This document shows, piece by piece, positions 60,646-64,000 of a stretch of DNA of 64,000 nucleotides. The stretch's first letter is position 1. Every line of letters starts with the position of its first letter. Made by a program: the position numbers and the translations under genes. The notes below the pieces were generated by a model. That model had not been told where the DNA came from. It saw only the letters and a list, made by a program, of their open reading frames with translations, and searched no databases. The DNA is from Blastocladiella emersonii ATCC 22665 (taxonomy: Eukaryota; Fungi; Blastocladiomycota): positions 186,001-250,000 of the forward strand of contig JANHCV010000003.1 in NCBI GenBank assembly GCA_025594325.1, written 5' to 3'.

Positions 60646-62571
60646 ATGGATGGCGCCATGCCCGCCCCCGCCCCTCGCACCCCTCCCCCCGAGCTACAAA
60701 AGGCGCCCGCGCCCCCCGCCCGCCCGCCTGCGCTCTTCCAGAACATCCCCGCCACCTCCGACCTGTCCTGTACGTCTCCCTCCCGCCCTTCCACGCCCAC
60801 CGCCACTCGCGCCGCTCGTGCGCGTGCCATGCCCATCCCGATCTCGAGCGCCGCCGCCGTCCCAGCGCCCACTTCCGCGCCCCGTTCCGCGCCCCGTTCC
60901 GCGTACTGACCAATCCGGACTCTAGCCGCCGACGAAACCCTCCTGCCCTCACCCTCCATGGCCTCGCCTCCCCCCTCTGCTCGCCACTACGGCCACCATC
61001 ACCACCACGCGCACCCGCACCCGCACCCGCACCCGCACCCGCACCCGCTCCCGCGGCAGCCGCAGCACGCGCACTCGTTCCCGCCGCCCACCGCCGCCTC
61101 CCACCATCCCGCAGAACATCGCAGCCCCTCGGACCCGATCCCCTCGCCCACGGGCGGCTATCACCACCATCAGCCAACCTCGCACCCGCTCCCTCCTCCC
61201 ACGGTCGCCGTCACGCCCGCCGACCACCATCCGCACCACTACCACCCGTCGTCGCGCTCGCCTTCGCAGTCGCACTCGCACTCGCGCACATCGAGTTACC
61301 GCAGCAGCGACCCGTTCCCGCCGCCTGCCCCCGCCGCCGCTCCTGCTCCTACCGACGCGTCGGCCGCCAAGCCAGAGTACCCTCCCCCGATGCCGCAGCA
61401 GCAGCAGTCGCGCCCGTATCACGGCCACGGCCACCATGCGGCCCGCCACCACCACCACCACCACGGCCCGTCGCCGACGCACCTGATGCCTCCTTCGGCC
61501 GCCGAGTCGGACGCGGCCGGCCGCCTGCCGACGCCCAACGTGTCGCCGCTCGCCCCGCTGCCCGACGCGCCCGTCTCGTCCGACTACCACCACCACGCGT
61601 ACCAGCCCCCGCAGCAGCATCACCAGACGCGGCGCGGTTCCCACCACGACGCGGTGCCGCCGCTCGTGCCCGTGTCTCCCGCCTACGACGCCCACGCGCA
61701 CCCGCCGCACCCGCAATCGATCGCCCCCGCTGATCACGGCCGTCACCACGCGCACTACCGCCCTCAACAGCCGCAGGCGTACCACCACCCGCAGCAGCAG
61801 CAGCAGCAACCGGAGCAGTACTACCACCACCCGCCACCGCCGTCGCACCGCGCCTACGAGCCGCAGCCCCCGCACGAGTACGCGCACCATCACCACGCTG
61901 CAGGGTACCGCCAGCCGCCGCCGCCGCCGCCGGCCGCGTACTACGATTCGGCGCCGCACACGGGGTACGGCGCCAAGCGGTCCTCGGGCTCGCCGCCACC
62001 ACCACCACACCATCACCACCACCACCACGCGCCGCCCCCGCCGCCCGGTCCGCCGACGACGCTGCACGAGTTCACGGCGCTCGCCTCGGCCTCCTCAACC
62101 GCCTCGACCGCCGCGGCATCCAGCTCGGCGTCGAGCGCGGCGCGGAAAAAGTCCAAGCACCGCCGGCAGTCGCACATCCTAGCCGAGCAGCGGCGGCGCG
62201 AGAACATCAACGCCGGGTTCGACGCGCTGCGCGTGGCGCTGCGCAGCGACGCGTCGCAGGCGTCGGTCCTGCACCTCGCCGCGCGCCGTATCAAGGTGCT
62301 CGAGGACGCGCTGCTCGCCATCGCCGAGCAGCGGTGCGACGCGTGCGCGCCGTTCTTGCACGGGCTCAGCTTGCCGACCGAGAGCGAGCGCGAGGAGGCC
62401 GCGACGACCATGGCCGCCGTCAATGCCGCGGTCGCCACGGTCGCGGCCGTCACGGCGGCAACCGAAGACGCGGGACCGTTCTTGCGCGCGCCGCACCGCG
62501 CCGGCGGTGGCCAGCTCGAGGGGCTCCGGGATGATGTCGCGGAGCTCGGGAGCAATAGCTCCGTGGTCTGA
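60646..62571 (+). CDS. bHLH transcription factor with very long His/Pro-rich disordered N-terminus (2 exons)
   Basis: RRQSHILAEQRRRENINAGFDALR..SQASVLHLAARRIKVLE bHLH; exon 1 from ATG 60646 splices in frame (GTACGT at ~60770 to CTCTAG at ~60924). Confidence 0.85.
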
Positions 62572-62824
62572 GTTGTTGGGTTGTGGGCCCGTTGTGGGCA
62601 CGTCGTAGTCGTAGTAGAAGTATATATCCATCCATTTTGCCCTTAGCAACCTGTCTGTGTGTGTGTGCGACCGATCCGACGGGGGACGTGAATCCGAGGC
62701 CCGCAGTGGTGGCGCAGCAGAGACGCGACGAGAAGCTGATGGACGCGCCGCGCCGCGCCATGTTCGAGAACGCGCCGCTTCTCGAACCCGTCGAGGAGGA
62801 CTAGAACACTCACGCATGTATAGA

Positions 62825-64000
62825 TCACCGAAGCGACATCGGCTCGTCGTCATCGCCCGCATCCTCGTCGTCATCGCTGTCGCCAAACCCAACGAAATCG
62901 GTGCTCCCGCCCAGGTCCTGGCCAAACTTCCACGCCACGTCGGCCGCGGGGGTTTCCGCGATGCTGTCGACAGCGGCGGCGGCGCGGTAGGTTGCCCGGC
63001 GCGTCTCTACATAGATCTAGGGAGTGAGTGGGGGTGATGGGGAGGAAGAGGGTGCGGGGAGGGCGTACCGCCGTGGAGGATGGCGGCGCGGCAGTAGGTC
63101 GAGATGCTGTGCTTGGCCGCGTCCTGGTTGGCGCCGAGCAGGCACGCGCTGGGTCGACGAACGGGTGAGCGACGGTCACGGATGAGCAAAGAGTGAGTAA
63201 AGCGTACAGGTTGACGACATCGAGCGGTCCGCGCGTCTCGAGGACCGACTTGGCGCCCGACGACAGGATCACGTTCTTGCCCTTGGACACGCGCAGCAGG
63301 TTGCTCGCGTTGGCGATCAGGTTGCGTTTCGCGGTGCTGTCTACACGCGCGTGAGCATACACGAGTCAATACACACGATCGAGCGGTTTCATACCATGAA
63401 AGTACCCTTGAAGGCGCCCGAGTAGCAAATCTCGAACACGATCCCACGGCGCACGGCCTCGCCGACGAGCGAGTGCTTAAAGTAAAAGGGCAGGCGCTGG
63501 GCGAGGTCGAGCGAGATGATGTCGCAGTCGACCTGCTGGCACGCGGCCATCCACGTCTTCTCGTTGGTCGGCGTGACCGCGAACAGGTCGTACTCTTGCA
63601 GGTGCGCGTTGGTCGAGTTCTGGACACGGGCGCGCAGGTCAGCGGACGGTTACTCGATCAGGATAGCAGACAACGAACCAGCGACGGAAGCTGCGACGGG
63701 TCGTCGAGCACGACCGTGAGCCGCTTGAGCTGGCGGATGGCTACGTTGCCGCGGCCCTGCGCGGTCATGACGAGGTGCGCATCGCCCGCCCACTCGGCGG
63801 GGTCCGCGAGCTGGATCGCCGACGCCAGGTTTGCGCCCAGCTTGCCGCGGACCGTCTGGTTGAAGGCCACGACGTGGTACCCGTCTACGCGGTTGGCCGA
63901 TCGATGGGATCAGCGCGATGGTCGATACCGGACGGCTCGGTTGGTTTGTCATGTGCCTCCCAGTCGAGACAACGGACGCGGTGCGACATGCATGTCTCCC
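62825..64000 (-). CDS. RPP1: RNase P/MRP subunit p30 (5' end outside the window), multi-exon
   Basis: GYHVVAFNQ; RLTVVLDD; YDLFAVTPTNEK; DIISLDLAQRLPFYFKHSLV..AVRRGIVFEICYS; RNLIANA; NVILSSGA..LETRGPLDVVNL. Confidence 0.9.

Noticed and set aside
62583-62804. Separate small gene or extra bHLH exon
   Set aside because: Coding-like end, but no convincing start or splice link; it overlaps the convergent 3' ends of bHLH and RPP1.

Overview
GC-rich, intron-containing eukaryotic DNA (GTACG[CT] donors, CT[AG]AC branch points). Katanin p80, a CFAP210-like ciliary gene and fungal-type genes (AIM19, DUF2423, OPT) suggest a flagellated early-diverging fungus, possibly Blastocladiomycota (inference). Two gene-dense blocks, about 7-28 kb and 49.8-64 kb, encode katanin p80, a BSD protein, a RING-H2 E3, an ACE-like M2 peptidase, a TPH-domain protein, AIM19, SEC6, an M1 aminopeptidase, UTP15, a TBC GAP, DUF2423, SEC24, a bHLH factor and RPP1. 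They flank a ~21 kb transposon island (28.1-49.5 kb). The island holds Helitron2/Helentron-like termini around a decayed PIF1 helicase, two decayed Plavaka/CMC transposase copies and three Ty3/gypsy gag-protease-only units. Two of those units share near-identical LTR plus leader but have strongly diverged ORFs, and they end against an inverted LTR copy. The first 7 kb holds an AGATCT motif array, an OPT transporter with two in-frame TAG stops and unexplained non-coding DNA. All calls come from reading motifs by eye with no database search; exon boundaries and element ends are approximate unless stated.
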